Below are positions 39,581-52,868 of a DNA stretch of 64,000 nt, piece after piece; within the stretch, counting starts at the first letter, position 1; each line of letters opens with the position of its first letter. A program made the translations under genes and the position numbers. The stretch is from contig OX597816.1 in assembly GCA_951406725.2 (NCBI GenBank), forward strand, positions 91,264,001 through 91,328,000, given 5' to 3'. The notes beneath the pieces were generated by a model. That model had not been told where the DNA came from and ran no database searches. It saw nothing but the letters and a program-made list of their open reading frames with translations. This DNA comes from Octopus vulgaris (taxonomy: Eukaryota).

Positions 39581-41563
39581 TACATTGTTTTGTTCCCCTC
39601 CTCTTCATCCCTTAGCTATTTTTTCTTTCACACCGAGATACTTTCCCTTAGCATACAGACACAGCCCCAGTATCTAGTATACTATGGGGCTTTCCTGCTG
39701 ACTGACCCTATCCCATTCTACAACTATCCGCCCACGGTCGCATAACAGGCTTAACGTTCTCCCTACAAACCCTCCCTTTATTTACTTCTTCTTACTCTTC
39801 TATTTTGGGGCATGTGTTCGTCCGATTGACTGTTTACGATTCTTGCAGCTCTTGTATATTAAGTACCAGCATCCAGTTACATCACTGACATTATATTTCA
39901 ATTTTTGCTGACCCTAATTAGCTTAATTTCTGCTAATTCTTCACACTCATGCTTAAACAGCTAAAGCATGAGTGTTTCAACCAACCTTCCATGCTCGGTT
40001 CATTCCATTTCTCAAACAATATATTTTTATAATTTTTATGATTTATATTTTTTTCTATAAATTATGATCTTTCACTTCATATTTCGCTTTGACTAAACAG
40101 ACGATTGCTTTCCTGCCATTCATTTCCGGTTTATTCCACTTCTCGAACAAATATATTTTTACAATTTTTATAATTTATAATTCATAATTTTTTAAATTCA
40201 TAATTTTTCATATTTCACTTGGTTCTTTATAATTTTCTAAGTAATTTTTATTTTTTATTTTATTATATATATTTCTTTTATTCGTTATTTTTTAAATTTT
40301 CAAACGGTGTTTATTATGTATTAAACCCTTATCCCGACTGAACCGTCGACATATACACCCCACTTATAAATGTTTCGCAACATGCTTCAGAAATAATTAT
40401 TTTTATTTTATTATTTTTTACAAATTTTCGCTGATTCGAGACCCTTAATCTTAGTTAATTGAATTTTTATTTTGTAAATCCTTTTAAATTGAATACATAA
40501 TATATTCATCCTGATCGTATTTACCCTCATACTCCTTCGTAGGACTTTATTTATGTATCACTAGCAAATTATTAATTCCCTGTCTATACATTTTATTTAT
40601 TTGGCCAAATCTGTTCTAACTTACATAGTTTATAATCCTTCTGACCACTCTTTAATTAAACTGTAAATTCCTAATTTCTGCTTTAACTCTTTAGGACACA
40701 ACCCCTATTAGATTCCCCCCCACCCACTTTTTTTTTTTGTTTTTACATCTCTTTTCCGTTGCCTACACACTCTAAGATCACAGAGTAGATCTGCTAGCTG
40801 GGAGGCGATTTATGCTACCCTACCACTGACCACCCTACTCCCTCACCACAAGCATCATAAATATCCTCATTATTTGGCTCCTGGGGAATTGCCAAGTTAT
40901 CTATTTAATAGTTTTTGCACTTTCCGTTGTCGCTGGTGAATATCGCCGGGTGGTGAAATAAATTTTCATTCATCAAACCAATTTCGGTTGAATTTTTTCT
41001 AACGGACCACGAACTTCTTCTTCCTTTTCCACTTTCGTCTTCTTTTTGTGCTCCGTTTTACTCCTCCTCCCCTCCTCCTCCCTCTTGACCCTCCCCGTAC
41101 ATAATCTCTTCCCTACTTACTCAGCCCATAACCACACCTTTATTTTGTTTCCTCCTGATATAAACCAAAAGAAACAAGGTCTGGAAGACGCACTATGTGA
41201 CAGCACAACTTTGGTGCATATCTGATGAAGTGCTTTAATGTCTAAAACAACAAACATTACGTAAATGTTCACTTCGAATTTTTGCGTAAACTGGCGTTGC
41301 AAGTAGAGTTAGTACAGAAACAATTGTAACGAATCATTAAAAATGTGTTAACGAATTTCTTTTTGTTTTCTTATTATTACTTGGATTATTTACGCTTCGC
41401 CAAACCCATTTTACAGTGTAATCGTCGCGAAACTTGGATTTTCTACACTTGAGGAATTCCGGTTTTCAGCAGTGTTGATAGCCCAGTATGCGAGTCGAGT
41501 GTTTTTCTAGAAAAACCCTAAATTTACTCCAGCACTTTATATATATATATATATATATATATA

Positions 41564-41810
41564 CAGTGGCGGACTGGCCAGGTTGTCAGCTTGCCCGATG
41601 ACAAGTGGGCCCCTACGTCATTAGAATCCATATATGGGGCCCATGTTAGTATCTAAGGGGCCTTTCCCCTCAAGTTTGAGAATTTTTAATTCACTCCTGG
41701 AAGAATGCATTATTTCAACCTGGCTATGTTTGTAGACAGTCGAAAAGAATACTTTGTAGTTGCGTGTGGGTGGGCCCCCTTGTTGTTGCGGGTGGACCCC
41801 CTTGTCGGTT
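41564..41810. mobile_element. hAT-like left end, truncated by a SINE A fragment (41810-41892)
   Basis: cagtggcggactgg start with repeated gggcccc subterminal motifs. No right TIR found. Confidence 0.45.
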
Positions 41811-42019
41811 CGAGGCTATAGTAGAAGTGGGACTGAACTCAAAACCATGTGGTTGGAAAGTAAACTTTTCACTACACAGTCACTCCTGCACCTACGTGAC
41901 TTTTTCTAATTATACATAATTTAATAAATTTCTGAGATTATATAACTAGACTGTATGATAGTCACATTTTTTTGCTTTTTACAGTAGACTATGATGTTCA
42001 CAATTTTTTGCTTTTAGTG

Positions 42020-42052
<33 letters not shown>

Positions 42053-42249
42053 TTTCAACTTATCAACGACGTAACATTTATTTTATTTAAAAACTACCCA
42101 TTGAAATTCAACGAAATTTCCACAGAATGATAGCAATTGTTATATGTGCGCGGTGTGTAAAAACGTGATTTTGCGCAAGTGTAAACAAACTGCGCCCATT
42201 TGCATGATTTCCACGAACTTTCACTGTTCCAAATTATTAACGAGTGGTC

Positions 42250-43065
42250 TGGTAATCGTGTAATTATAGGTCGTAAATGTGAGTTAATTGTTTCAGAGAA
42301 ATCTGTTATTACTTTTGAACTCACAAAAGGTAAATCAACATTAGAAATATCTAAAATAATTGGAAGATATCATTAAACTGTGAAAACATTTTGTTACAGG
42401 TTCTACGAGGATACGTAAGAGAGCCGACAAGGGTTAGTTGAGGGCTGTTTCACAACGTTTTCTGTTACGAATTAGACGTGAAGCCGTAAAGAAGGCAGAT
42501 CTTATAAGTGGAGAATTTATTTCAAACACATAGGTGATGTCGTCTTCAAGGCCTCCTTTAAACAAAATATACAAAATCGTCTGAAATGTGCAGAAGATAA
42601 CATGAAGATCGCCTTTGCAAAAGTTTTGTTTACGGACGAAACTTGTGCTACCCTTGATGGACCTAAAGGTGTAGCAAGGGATGGGTTGTAAGTGGACAAG
42701 ATCGTCATCAAAGCTTGAGACGCCAATAAGAGGGAGGAGACATCATGATTTGAGCGGATATTATTGGAGGCATTATAGTTGGCCCTTGGAAAGTAAGTAC
42801 CTGACTGTGTTAAAATGCCTGAAGATACTTACATAGCCTTTCTGAAGGAGCACCTTAAACCTTGGTTAAAAAAGGTAAAAATCACCTTCAAGACAACCAT
42901 AATATTCGAGAATAGATGTTAATCTAGGAGCAAGGGTGAATTGTAGCAGACAATAGTGGATGTATCCAGTGGTATAACATCAGAGAAGATTCAGAAATTA
43001 GCACGTTCCATGGACCAGCGCCTTTTCCAACTTATTTCAAATAAACGCTCATACATCTTTTACTA
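42250..43065 (+). mobile_element. Tc1/Tc3-like transposase pseudogene
   Basis: KVLFTDETCATLDGPKG (xFxDE...LDGPDG) at about 42620 and RQ*EGGDIMI*ADII (GGG.xMxW) at about 42721. Contains stops and a deletion. Confidence 0.75.
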
Positions 43066-43517
43066 ACCAGCTCACCTATCATTTTTGAACGCCGTTTATT
43101 TGTTTATTTCAAGTTTTTCCATGTATATGTTCATGTCAGTATGTACATCAAACAATTAAATTGGTATTTTCTTATTTACGTGAGTTTTAATTACACCTCG
43201 CTAATAATTTGAAACAATGAAAGTTTACGTAAATTTGGTAAATGGCTATAGTTTCTGTGTTGTTTTATAGAACCTCGCGTTTTTTTATTCACCACGCGCA
43301 TATAACTTTTGCTATCATTCTGTGAAAACTTCGTTGAATTCCAATGAGAAGTTTTGAAATAAAATTTTAAAAAATTTACGTCGTTTATAAATTGAAACGC
43401 AGTGTATATACAGCTACACTCCATTTCTCCAATAGTTTCATTTTATTTGCAATTTGATATATATATAGTTTACAGTAGCATTTATAAAAACAAAGCAACA
43501 AGTAGAGGAATAAAAAA

Positions 43518-45783
43518 TCAGGTTGAGTAAAAAGTATACAACGTTTTGAACCGTGAAGAATTTGTACGGGATTTTAGCAGTTTTTAATTTTTTAACATTG
43601 TTTTACAATTGTCTGATAATACAAACATAGACTTGCCCAAATGCATCAATAAATTAACACTGATATTTTTTCACCGTTTTGTCAATCATCTCTCCTCGCG
43701 GCGGCTGGACTTGGGGCTGACCTTTCGTGACTGGATCAGCGCTATGTATAGCAACATCGAGTCTGCGGTCCAGATGAAAGGTTTCTTCTCGAAGCCGTTT
43801 GTGATCGAGCGTTCGGTTCGACAGGGTTGTCCTCTGTCTCCACTCTGTACGTACTGGCTCTTAAGCTATTGCTGTGGAGGTAGGAGGCGGCTGGGGGCGA
43901 TCCTCGTGATCTGTGTTGCGGAAGAGGCGCAACAGGTGTTTATAGCATCTGTGATAACCTACCGCCTGACTGTCGTGCCTTGCCCCAATTTATGGCTGAA
44001 CAAGTTGGAACGGCTTCCATTCCGCTTTTTGTGGAGCGGGAGACCACCACTTGTGAGGCGCTCTATTTGCTGCCAAAAGTCGTTAAAGGGTGGGTTAGGG
44101 ATGCTTTGGCTGATGACGCGCAAATTTGCGTTGAGGCTGAGACATCACTGGCTTTACCTGGATGATGAACGGGTGTGGTCTCCGAACGTCAAGTTCTTCT
44201 TTCCTCAATTGGAGTCCCTGCAGGACTTGGGTCCATGGATCACACGTTGACCTAGAATGGATGATTGGCACAAGGAGTGCAGACAGGCACTTACGCTGTT
44301 CTCTCGGGCGGGCAATACCCGCAACGAGTCTACCATTGCGGACTTCTATAACGGGTTAGTAGTGGCTAAGTCTGATGACGTTCTAGGAGAACCTCTAGGC
44401 TACGATGAAGACCAATTAACCAGTCTCTTTGGTAGGACATTCGGGCCGGGGTACCTGGATAATTTCTAGAAATTCCTGGCTTGGTTGATCTATCTGGCTT
44501 TACCAGTTCGAGAGAGACAGTAACGGCATGGTTTTGGCATCCCTCCTACATGCCCGAGGTGCATGCAGGACAGTGAAACCGTTCCGCATGCCTTCGTGCA
44601 TTGTGAGGAATTAAAGGGGCTGATTGCCAATGTCGAACGGCTGCTGTCGGAAACGGAGAGAGTACAGCTGTCGGATGAGTCTGTTATAAAGATTATACCA
44701 CCTTCCTCCTTTAACAAGGAACGTAAGGTAAGTTTCTTCAGCTTAGTGGCCATACTGAAAGACACAGTATGGACGACGCGTGGAAGAGGAATTGAGACAG
44801 GTAAATTCATCTCAGAACGCAGGTTGATTAATCATTTTAACTATCACCTGCGAAGTAAGATCCGTCTGGAGAGAAAGTTCCTGTCTCAAGGTGTGTTTCG
44901 AAAAAGATGGACGCCTGTAGTAAGAATGATGCGAGCGGAAGGTGTCGAGCTGGTATAGACGGTTCTGGAGGAAAAAAAGGAAAAAAAAAGATAAAACAAG
45001 CGGCGGGTTGATTAGAACCTCACATATATTTTTATATTCGATTTCGTCATTTTTCTATATCCATCCCGACTTTTCATATTTTTTTGAATTTTTAATCACG
45101 ATTTCATTGTAACAAACTTAATGTGTTGTGGTGTCCATGTTCGTCCTTTATGGACAAATAAAGAAATTGTTACAATCATCTGTGACCGATTTGGACCAAA
45201 ATGAAAACCTTCCCTAAACTCCAGCTCTTAAAAAAAAGGTTATAGTGACTGTTTGGGGATGTACTGCTGGACTCATCCACAATAACTTCTTAAAACCCTG
45301 AAAAACCATTACTGCAGAAATATATTGCTATGAAATTGCCAAAATGAACGAAAAACTGCTACTTCTCTGTCCCAGACGGGTCAACAGAAGCGGGCCAATC
45401 ATTCTTCAAGACAATGCTCGACTACAGGTTTCACTAATGATGCCCCAGAAGTTGAGAGAACTTGGCTACGAAGTTCTTTCCCACCCAGTTTTTTTCCCCC
45501 AGACCTTTCTCCTACCGGCTACCACTTCTTCAGGCACCTTGATGGTTTCCTGCGAGAGAAGGAATTTTAAAAAATCAAACCGATCTGAAAGTGCGTTCAA
45601 AGAGTTCATCACCTCCAGAACTCCAGATGTTTATGTTACCGGAATAAACAAACCTGTAAGTCGTTGGCAAAAATGTGTCCAGTATAATGGTACTTACTTT
45701 GAGGAATAAAATTTCCGCATTGTTGAAATATTTTGTGATGAATTTCATGTTTCAAAACGTTGCTTACTTTTCACTCAGCCTAA
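43518..45783 (+). mobile_element. Mariner element (internally deleted) interrupted by a Tx1 LINE
   Basis: TIRs tcaggttgagtaaaaagtatacaacgttttg / caaaacgttgcttacttttcactcagcctaa|ta. Transposase C-terminus KKVIVTVW, GPIILQDNAR, LGYEVLSHP, RWQKCV..NGTYF at 45230-45709. Confidence 0.85.
43692..45172 (+). mobile_element. L1/Tx1-clade LINE, 5'-truncated
   Basis: WISAMYSNIESAVQMKGFFSKPFVIERSVRQGCPLSP; FLWSG..PLVRR..KGGLG; CCHC knuckle CPRCMQDSETVPHAFVHC; AATAAA near the 3' end. Candidate TSD caatcatct at 43683 and 45173. Confidence 0.88.
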
Positions 45784-46384
45784 TACAAAGAGAGGAAATG
45801 GATTTACTAAAAATGGGCTGATTCAATCAGATAACATAAAACTGTGGAATTTCTCATGCCATAGGCTATTAAGAGATGGAATTATTCTCAAAAACTATAC
45901 GCAAAATTACTCTCAAGATACTCGGAAAATTGTAAATTACCTTTCTTTAAATACCAAACATTTTCTTAATCAGTGAAAAGGATTGAGATAGTTCAGAAGA
46001 CCCGAATATATAATAATGAGCAGTGATATTGCTTTTCAATTCCATCAGCGTAATTTTATAATTAAGAACGCAAGAGAGGTTTAGAGACTAAGAGTGAAGA
46101 GTTTGTTTAAATCATCTGCAGCCAATAATGAATCACAACGATTGTAATTGTTGTTAAGCCCAGGTCAACCTCAGTTTAAGAGAGCACTGATCAAAGACGC
46201 CATATCGGCCAAATTTCTACCAACAGACTAATGTATCCGTTGGTAGAAATTTGGCCGTTATTTCAAACTCGCTGAACAGTTACATATAGGTTCCCTCCTT
46301 GGCTTAAAACATAATGTTCACCAATAGTGGGAAAATTAATTTGAGATCCTAGTTGTTCAGAATTTGTGGCATTATTACATTTCA

Positions 46385-46585
46385 AAATTGTTAGCATGTC
46401 GGAGAAAAAGCTTAGCGGCATTTCGTCCGGCTTTTCCTTCTGAGCTCAAATTCCATAGAAGTCGACTTTGATTTTCTTCATTTCGGAGACGATAAAATGA
46501 GTACCAGGTGGACGCTGGGGTCGACGAATTCGACTAGACGTCTCCCCCAAAATTTCAGTCCTTATGCCAATAGCAGAAAGAATTA
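46385..46585 (+). mobile_element. SINE family B (decayed)
   Basis: ttagcatgtcggagaaaaagcttagcggcatttcgtcc...gtcgactttg...gataaaatgagtaccag. Confidence 0.7.
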
Positions 46586-47086
46586 CTACATTTTAAAATA
46601 TACTTTCACTCTTCAGAAATAAATTCTAATTCCTCCACAAATCAGATTACAGGAGCAATTCTTTGTTCTTGGCAAACCTCTCTCTGTAAAAAAAAAAACC
46701 CCCAAAGAACTGCAGGACACAAATTGGTATCATGAGATTATTTTCTTCAAGTCAGTCTCATGATATGAATTATATTTGCGTTTCGCGAACCAAATCCAGA
46801 AAAACAATATCAAAGGCAGAATTGTTTAACTTGTTGTGTGTGCATCCGGTGCAACAATTTCAGAAGAGACTGTTTCAAAAGTTGGTCATTTTAGGCCTCA
46901 AACGGGGAAGACATTAATATCTATGATAAAAAAAAAGTCAATTAAGTACATGTTTATAAATAAATACATAAAACTTTATTAATTGCTTCTCCAAATAAAA
47001 CACTGAAATGGTGTACAGTAATGTTTTACATTTGTGAGTTCGCGTATATGCACGTGGGGATAGATAGACAAACAGACAGACAGAAA

Positions 47087-47160
<74 letters not shown>

Positions 47161-47567
47161 GTGTGCGTAAATGAATGCGACTGTGAATAGAATGGTACCA
47201 GCATTGCTGTGTAGTTAAGAAGCTCGCTTCCTAACTACTTGATCCAGAGTTCAGTTCCACTGCATGGCAGCTTGATCACGTGTCGATACCATAACCGCAG
47301 ATCCGCTAAAGCATTATGAATGAAGTTTAATACACAAAAGCTCTACGGGATCCAGACGTATGTATAAATATGCGTGTGTCTATGTGTGAAAACACACACA
47401 CACACGGACGCGCGAGAACAAATTCAATGCACCGGGGAAAAAAATGTTTTCCCCCCAATTAAGTGGGGAAAGAATTCGGTGCATCGAATGAAAATATCTT
47501 GTGGTACTAACCGACTTAAATCTGTTGAGTACGGTGTCCCATCATCTTTCATGATAGAAAGCACTTA

Positions 47568-47619
<52 letters not shown>

Positions 47620-47733
47620 AACTACGGTTAAAGAACAAACCTTAGTTTGATATATTTGTCTCTTTCAATAGAGCACTTCTATAGCAGTCCTATTAATCTT
47701 TTTGTTCCTAACAAGAAACAATCACTGTATTAT

Positions 47734-47818
<85 letters not shown>

Positions 47819-47834
47819 TATACATATATATATA

Positions 47835-47910
<76 letters not shown>

Positions 47911-48184
47911 GTATACCTGTATGTAGATGTATAGATATCGTACACATGTGTATATACATATTGACGCACGAACTCATACATGAAATAAAAAAATAAATAT
48001 CCCGCAAATACAACGTAAATATTTATTCGTGTAAATCGTTTTAGCAAAGACCTCGATGAAAAATGAATAATTTCAGAGTTCATATCATAATATGTTAAGG
48101 TAGTTGTGTAGGATACATACTCGTAAACAATGACGTTACTCATATTGGTTTCAAATCGGTTTCAAATCTTGGCTCAAGGTAGAA

Positions 48185-48400
48185 AGGCCGCTAAGCATTT
48201 GCCCGGCGTGCAAACGATTCTGCCAGCTCGCCTCCTACTTCACGTTACATATACTGGCTCTTTACGTTCAAATTCCGCCGCGGTCGACTTTGCCTTTCAA
48301 CCTTTCGGGATCGATAAGTAAGTTCCACTTGAGATGAAGTTGATGCAATCGACTTAACCTCTACCCGAAATTGCTGCCCTCGTGCCAAAATTTGAAATCA
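48185..48400. mobile_element. SINE family B with an inverted head fragment
   Basis: 48185-48235 is the head on the minus strand, while 48260-48400 is the body on the plus strand. Confidence 0.65.
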
Positions 48401-48797
48401 ATATTTCAGCTTAGATAAAAAGACAAAAACACACACACACATTTGCTAAGGATTTCTATTTTCTCCTTTGAAAATACTGTCATTTAATGACTTTTCTGTA
48501 CTTCGAGACACGCTAAAATAAGATAGTGCTGTTATTGTCCATATATAAATCCACACACACACGTGTGTGTCTCATTCTTTCGATATGAGAGTAGAGTCAA
48601 CACATCGATAGCACAACTAATGAAACAAAGGATTTTTCATTTGACACTTAAGAGACTTATCAAGAAAAGAATATCTATAATTCATTAATGCGCAATAGCT
48701 AAATATTTTTGTAGTTATTACAGGTATTACATATTATTCAGTATAGGTTTTACATAATTCTATTTCTTTGTACATCGAGTTCTGTTGATATATAGTA

Positions 48798-49571
48798 CTG
48801 GCAGTAATACTCGTAGTTGATGTGGTGATTACTTTTACTGTTTCTCGGAATCCACACTCAAAGTATTATAATATGTATATAATTTACTCCTCCCGTATTT
48901 GTGTTTTTATAAAAGAAAAATATGTAATAATTGAAGTTGAAAAGAAATTAATTTCATACATGAACTTCTGTTTGTTTATTATATGACAATAATAAGTGAG
49001 TTGTATGTGTTATCTTATTTATTAATACAATAATGGCAATTATATAATATTGTTATAAGAGAAAAAAACATGTAATAATTAAAGAAGAAAAAAGACCAAT
49101 TTTATACCTGAACTTCTGTTTGTTTATTATATGACAATAATAAATTAATTGTATGCATTACTTTATTAATACAGTAATGACAATTGTATAACACATACAT
49201 ACAACTGCTTACAATAATTGAGATTACTATGTTCCTAATTTTTGGTTTACAACACTGAAAAAATATGCCACCAAAGAAAAGATATAATCTCTGTAAAAAC
49301 TGGAATAACTGGTATGCGAGGAACGAAGACGGTGTTACCTCTACTACAACCAGTGAGAATAGTTGCCTCAATGCAGTTCTTCATAGGTTCATTCACAATT
49401 AGTGTCGTACCATTGCATAATTTTTGTTGAGACAAATTAGGCAATAGCATAATAAGGGATATAGAAAGAGCAAATAGCTTCTCTTGAACCATTTACTTTC
49501 ATTTTGGAGGACAAACAAACGAACAAACACACAAACAGACAGAATATCTCTTATATATATATATATATAGA
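48798..49571 (-). mobile_element. Internally deleted Helitron carrying a PIF1-like helicase fragment
   Basis: 5' TCTATATATA... end at about 49571. ORF 49247-49492 reads IMLLPNL..KLCNGTTLIV..KNCIEATILTG..GNTVFVPRIP, a RepHel helicase C-terminal motif. The decayed 3' end resembles the family's ctagcagta... terminus at 48798. Confidence 0.8.
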
Positions 49572-50039
49572 TAGATTTGTCAGAGTCGGCTTCATTCAGA
49601 CAACCCTTGGGTACGTGCCTAATAGTTTTGAGGTAAACGGACATCGTACCAGTTCCGTCACGGTTTGAATTTCGATCGTCCACTGCTTGAATAAAATCCC
49701 TTTCATGACGACCAGTCACCAATTCTTCCTTTCTCGATATTGCCATCGAAAAGTAAATTTGAAAATTAGAAAATAAAAAGGTACATAATACAAAAGTAAA
49801 GTTGTAAGTAATAAATTTTTTTAAAAATTTTATTTGTTACACTCGGAACCTACAAACATCAAAATTGTCTAACATTTCTTTCAAGTAACTGGGTTTTTTT
49901 TTTGTTGCGTTATTTTAAACTCCGTTCCCACCCTTTTTTCAATTTTTTTTTTCTCAAATGAGGTTGTTTTCTTTCAGTAATAGTTTCTAAATAAATGAGA
50001 CAATAAATTTTCAGAAATAGATCCGCATCAAAAGTTACT

Positions 50040-50144
50040 TAATAGCTGCTCACAAATATTAATCAGGAGGAATGCTCCTCATTAATATTTGTGAGCAGCT
50101 ATTAATATCTATTAATATCTTCCAGTTTATCACTGGAAGATATT
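50040..50144. repeat. Two adjacent DNA hairpins
   Basis: taatagctgctcacaaatattaat / attaatatttgtgagcagctatta, then aatatcttccagt / actggaagatatt. Confidence 0.9.
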
Positions 50145-50868
50145 GTATATTGCATAAAAGTAACCAATGTTATCTTTAAGCAATCCTTTAGATGGTTCTA
50201 TTTCATGATCAATAATAGGTATAAATTTCCTACATCAAAACGCTTCTCTCCTCGCTTTGTTGAGTCAGACGTTTAGTGCTACAAAATAATTCTTTTTTAT
50301 TTCTGCAATAGGGATAACTTTCTAGAATATATTTATCTATTCTGTTTATGCATTAACATCCCACACGTTATTTGGTTTGTTGTTGTTGTTGTTTTTTTTT
50401 TATCCGGATCAAATGAAAACTTGCTCTCTTTAGGAATTCCCAAGAAGTATGAAGGTTTGACAATGAGAACAAGATGCAAGGATATTTTAACAAGAGCCGG
50501 AAGAAAGTATAGCATTTTGGCATTACTGCAAACCAGCCATGCATTTCGACTAATATGTCTGGAAAGGAATTGTAATCTACACAATGGAAAAGTATTCAGG
50601 ATTCAGACTACCGAAACGTTATTACTTCTCTTCTAAACAATGCTCTGTATGTAGTATGTTGGTTCGGTTTCGGTTAACTGATCTTAGGCACGTGATTAAT
50701 AGCACTCGTTCAACTTTTGTAAAATCTAATCAAAAGCTAACTTCTCTTTCACATGATTCAAATACATGTTTATACAATTTTGAAAGAATCTTGGTATATT
50801 TTGAGTTTGGCTGCCAATTTTCGAAAATTCGAAGTGTGTTGAAAATTGTAAAATTTGGTACATTAATA

Positions 50869-51243
50869 GGCGCAGGAGTGGCTGTGTAGTAAGTCGCTTG
50901 CTTACCAACCACATGGTTCCGGGTTCATTTCCACTGCGTGGCACTTTGGGTAAGTGTCTACTAGTATAGCCTCGAGCTAACCAAAGGCCTTGTGAGTGGA
51001 TTTGGTAGACGGAAACTGACAGACGCCTGTCGTATATGTGTGTATATATGTATGTGTGTGCATATGTTTGTGTGTCTGTGTTTGTCCCCCCCCAACATCG
51101 CTTGACAACTTAGCGGTTCAGCAAAAGAGACCGATAGAATAAGTACTAGGCTTACAAAGAATAAGTCCTAGGTCGATTTGCTCGACTAAGTGCTGTGCTC
51201 CAGCATGGCCACAGTCAAATGACTGAAACAAGTAAAAGAGTAA
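50869..51243 (+). mobile_element. tRNA-derived SINE family A (CORE-like), full length
   Basis: Box A/B-like head ggcgcaggagtggctgtgtagtaag...gggttcatttcc, CORE-like ttgggtaagtgtct, internal (TG)n and tail aagtaaaagagtaa. Confidence 0.9.
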
Positions 51244-51824
51244 TGTAGTTTTCAAGCTGAATCTCAGGAGATATTTCACTTTTTGCAGAAATATTTTTTT
51301 AAAAAATTATAGTGCTTTATGCATGCCATATAACCCTTCATAATTTATTATTTTTAATTTTCAGAAAATGTTACCGAATTTGTATTCTATACACGGGAAT
51401 TCATGCGATTATGCAAATACTAAAGCAAAAAAATTGGGGTGCGTGATTTAAGGTCTATTTAGCTGTTACTTTTAGAACATCTCACCACCACCTCAATGAA
51501 TAGAATATATTTGTCAACATGTGCTTTCTTGCAGACAAAAGAATTCTCATGCTTGGCTTTTTGCTATGGAAACAGGTATGAATGTGTCTGTAGCTTACGA
51601 TTAACTAAAATTACCCAAAATTTGCGAACTTTAAAAGCTATTAACTCTTTATTTGATTTATGGCGAAAATGAATTTCAAACCATTGATTAGCATATAAAA
51701 TCATATCATTACACCAAATATGAAATCAATTCGAATAGAAATTGAAGAGATTAAAACTGGCAGACAAACAGAAAAGAACTGAAACTTGTTCTCTGTTGAC
51801 TATATATCAGTGAAATCTCTTATA

Positions 51825-51965
51825 TTAGGTTGTCCCAAAAGTTCCTAAACACTTGCGAAAATTGAATTTTTACTCGCCAAGTACTAACAAAAACAGCAAA
51901 AATTATTCCTCAAAATAAAGACCATTATTTTCCAAGACTTTCTACGAACTTTTGGGACAACCTTA
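51825..51965. mobile_element. Mariner-type MITE (141 bp)
   Basis: TA|ttaggttgtcccaaaagttc ... gaacttttgggacaacctta|TA. Confidence 0.85.
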
Positions 51966-52249
51966 TAGTTCAAAGAAAGATAAAAATATTTCGCTAATAT
52001 CTTCAGAATCCTACAATGATAATTAAACTTTTAATAACTGTTAAAACTTTAACAACTGTAAAAAGTTTAATCCACTGGATTATTAGATCTTCACTGATCA
52101 TTAGATCTCCACTGAAGATTTTTTTTAAAGAATTACTTTTTATCTCTAGAGCAAATCAATCTAATTGACATCATTCTTCACTAAATATTTATTTGTACAT
52201 AGTTTTTTAAGTTCACAAAACAATCACTTTTTATTCTGTACATAAGGCA

Positions 52250-52445
52250 GCCAACTGACGGAATCGTTAGCACATCGGGCCAAATGTTTAGCGGCATTTC
52301 GTCCATCTCTCTACATTTTAAGTTCAAATCTCCCCAAAGTTGACTTTGCCCTTCACCCTTCAGAATCGACAAAATAAAATACTAGTCAAGAACTATGGTC
52401 AATATATTCGACTTATTCCCTCCCCCCATAATTACTGGTTGTGAA
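52250..52445 (+). mobile_element. SINE family B (decayed)
   Basis: gaatcgttagcacatcgggccaaatgtttagcggcatttcgtcc...gttgactttgcccttcacccttc. Confidence 0.7.
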
Positions 52446-52619
52446 CCTTGCAACGGACCAGGGGCAATGCTGTAATTTCGGTCAATTTATATGTCTTGGA
52501 CACATGATAACCAGCCTTATGAATCCAAGTGCTCAATAAACGTTTTAGAAGATAATTGTATTTTACCACTGTTTTCAATCATGGACTGCGGCTATATGAT
52601 AAAGGATAATGGGTAGAGA

Positions 52620-52830
52620 GACCCCTCCACCTTTGGTCATGAATGACCATGGGATTGCACCTAGAAAATTCCCCTCCGAGGCAAGGTTATTTATGGAAGA
52701 CCAGCAGTCGCTCATACATACCAACTTCCACTCTGCACGCTACTGATGTTATCCAAAGGAAAGGCAAAGGCCGATGCAGCTTGGCACCAATGACGTCGCA
52801 ACTATTTCTACATCTGAGTGAACAGAATGG
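52620..52830 (-). mobile_element. SINE family C 3' part
   Basis: Reverse complement of 33620-33790 (tggtgccaagctg..cggcctttgcctttcc.ttggataacatcag). Confidence 0.75.
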
Positions 52831-52868
52831 AGTAAGTGAAGTAAGAACACACACGAAAACGAAAAGTA

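Noticed and set aside
46207-46256. 18-bp-stem hairpin as a miRNA
   Set aside because: Pure Watson-Crick arms, one of which is part of a dispersed repeat. More likely a small DNA inversion-duplication.
49580-49750. Mariner HTH remnant on the minus strand (ELVTGR...SSGRSK)
   Set aside because: It is too short and requires a frameshift. Not supportable by eye.
50869-50940. tRNA gene (and similar heads at 31718, 54413 and 57546)
   Set aside because: Box A/B-like motifs continue into SINE bodies and no complete cloverleaf forms.
51985-52010. CTGAAGA...GAAA on the minus strand
   Set aside because: Only 7 nt lie between the core halves and no stem II or stem I forms.
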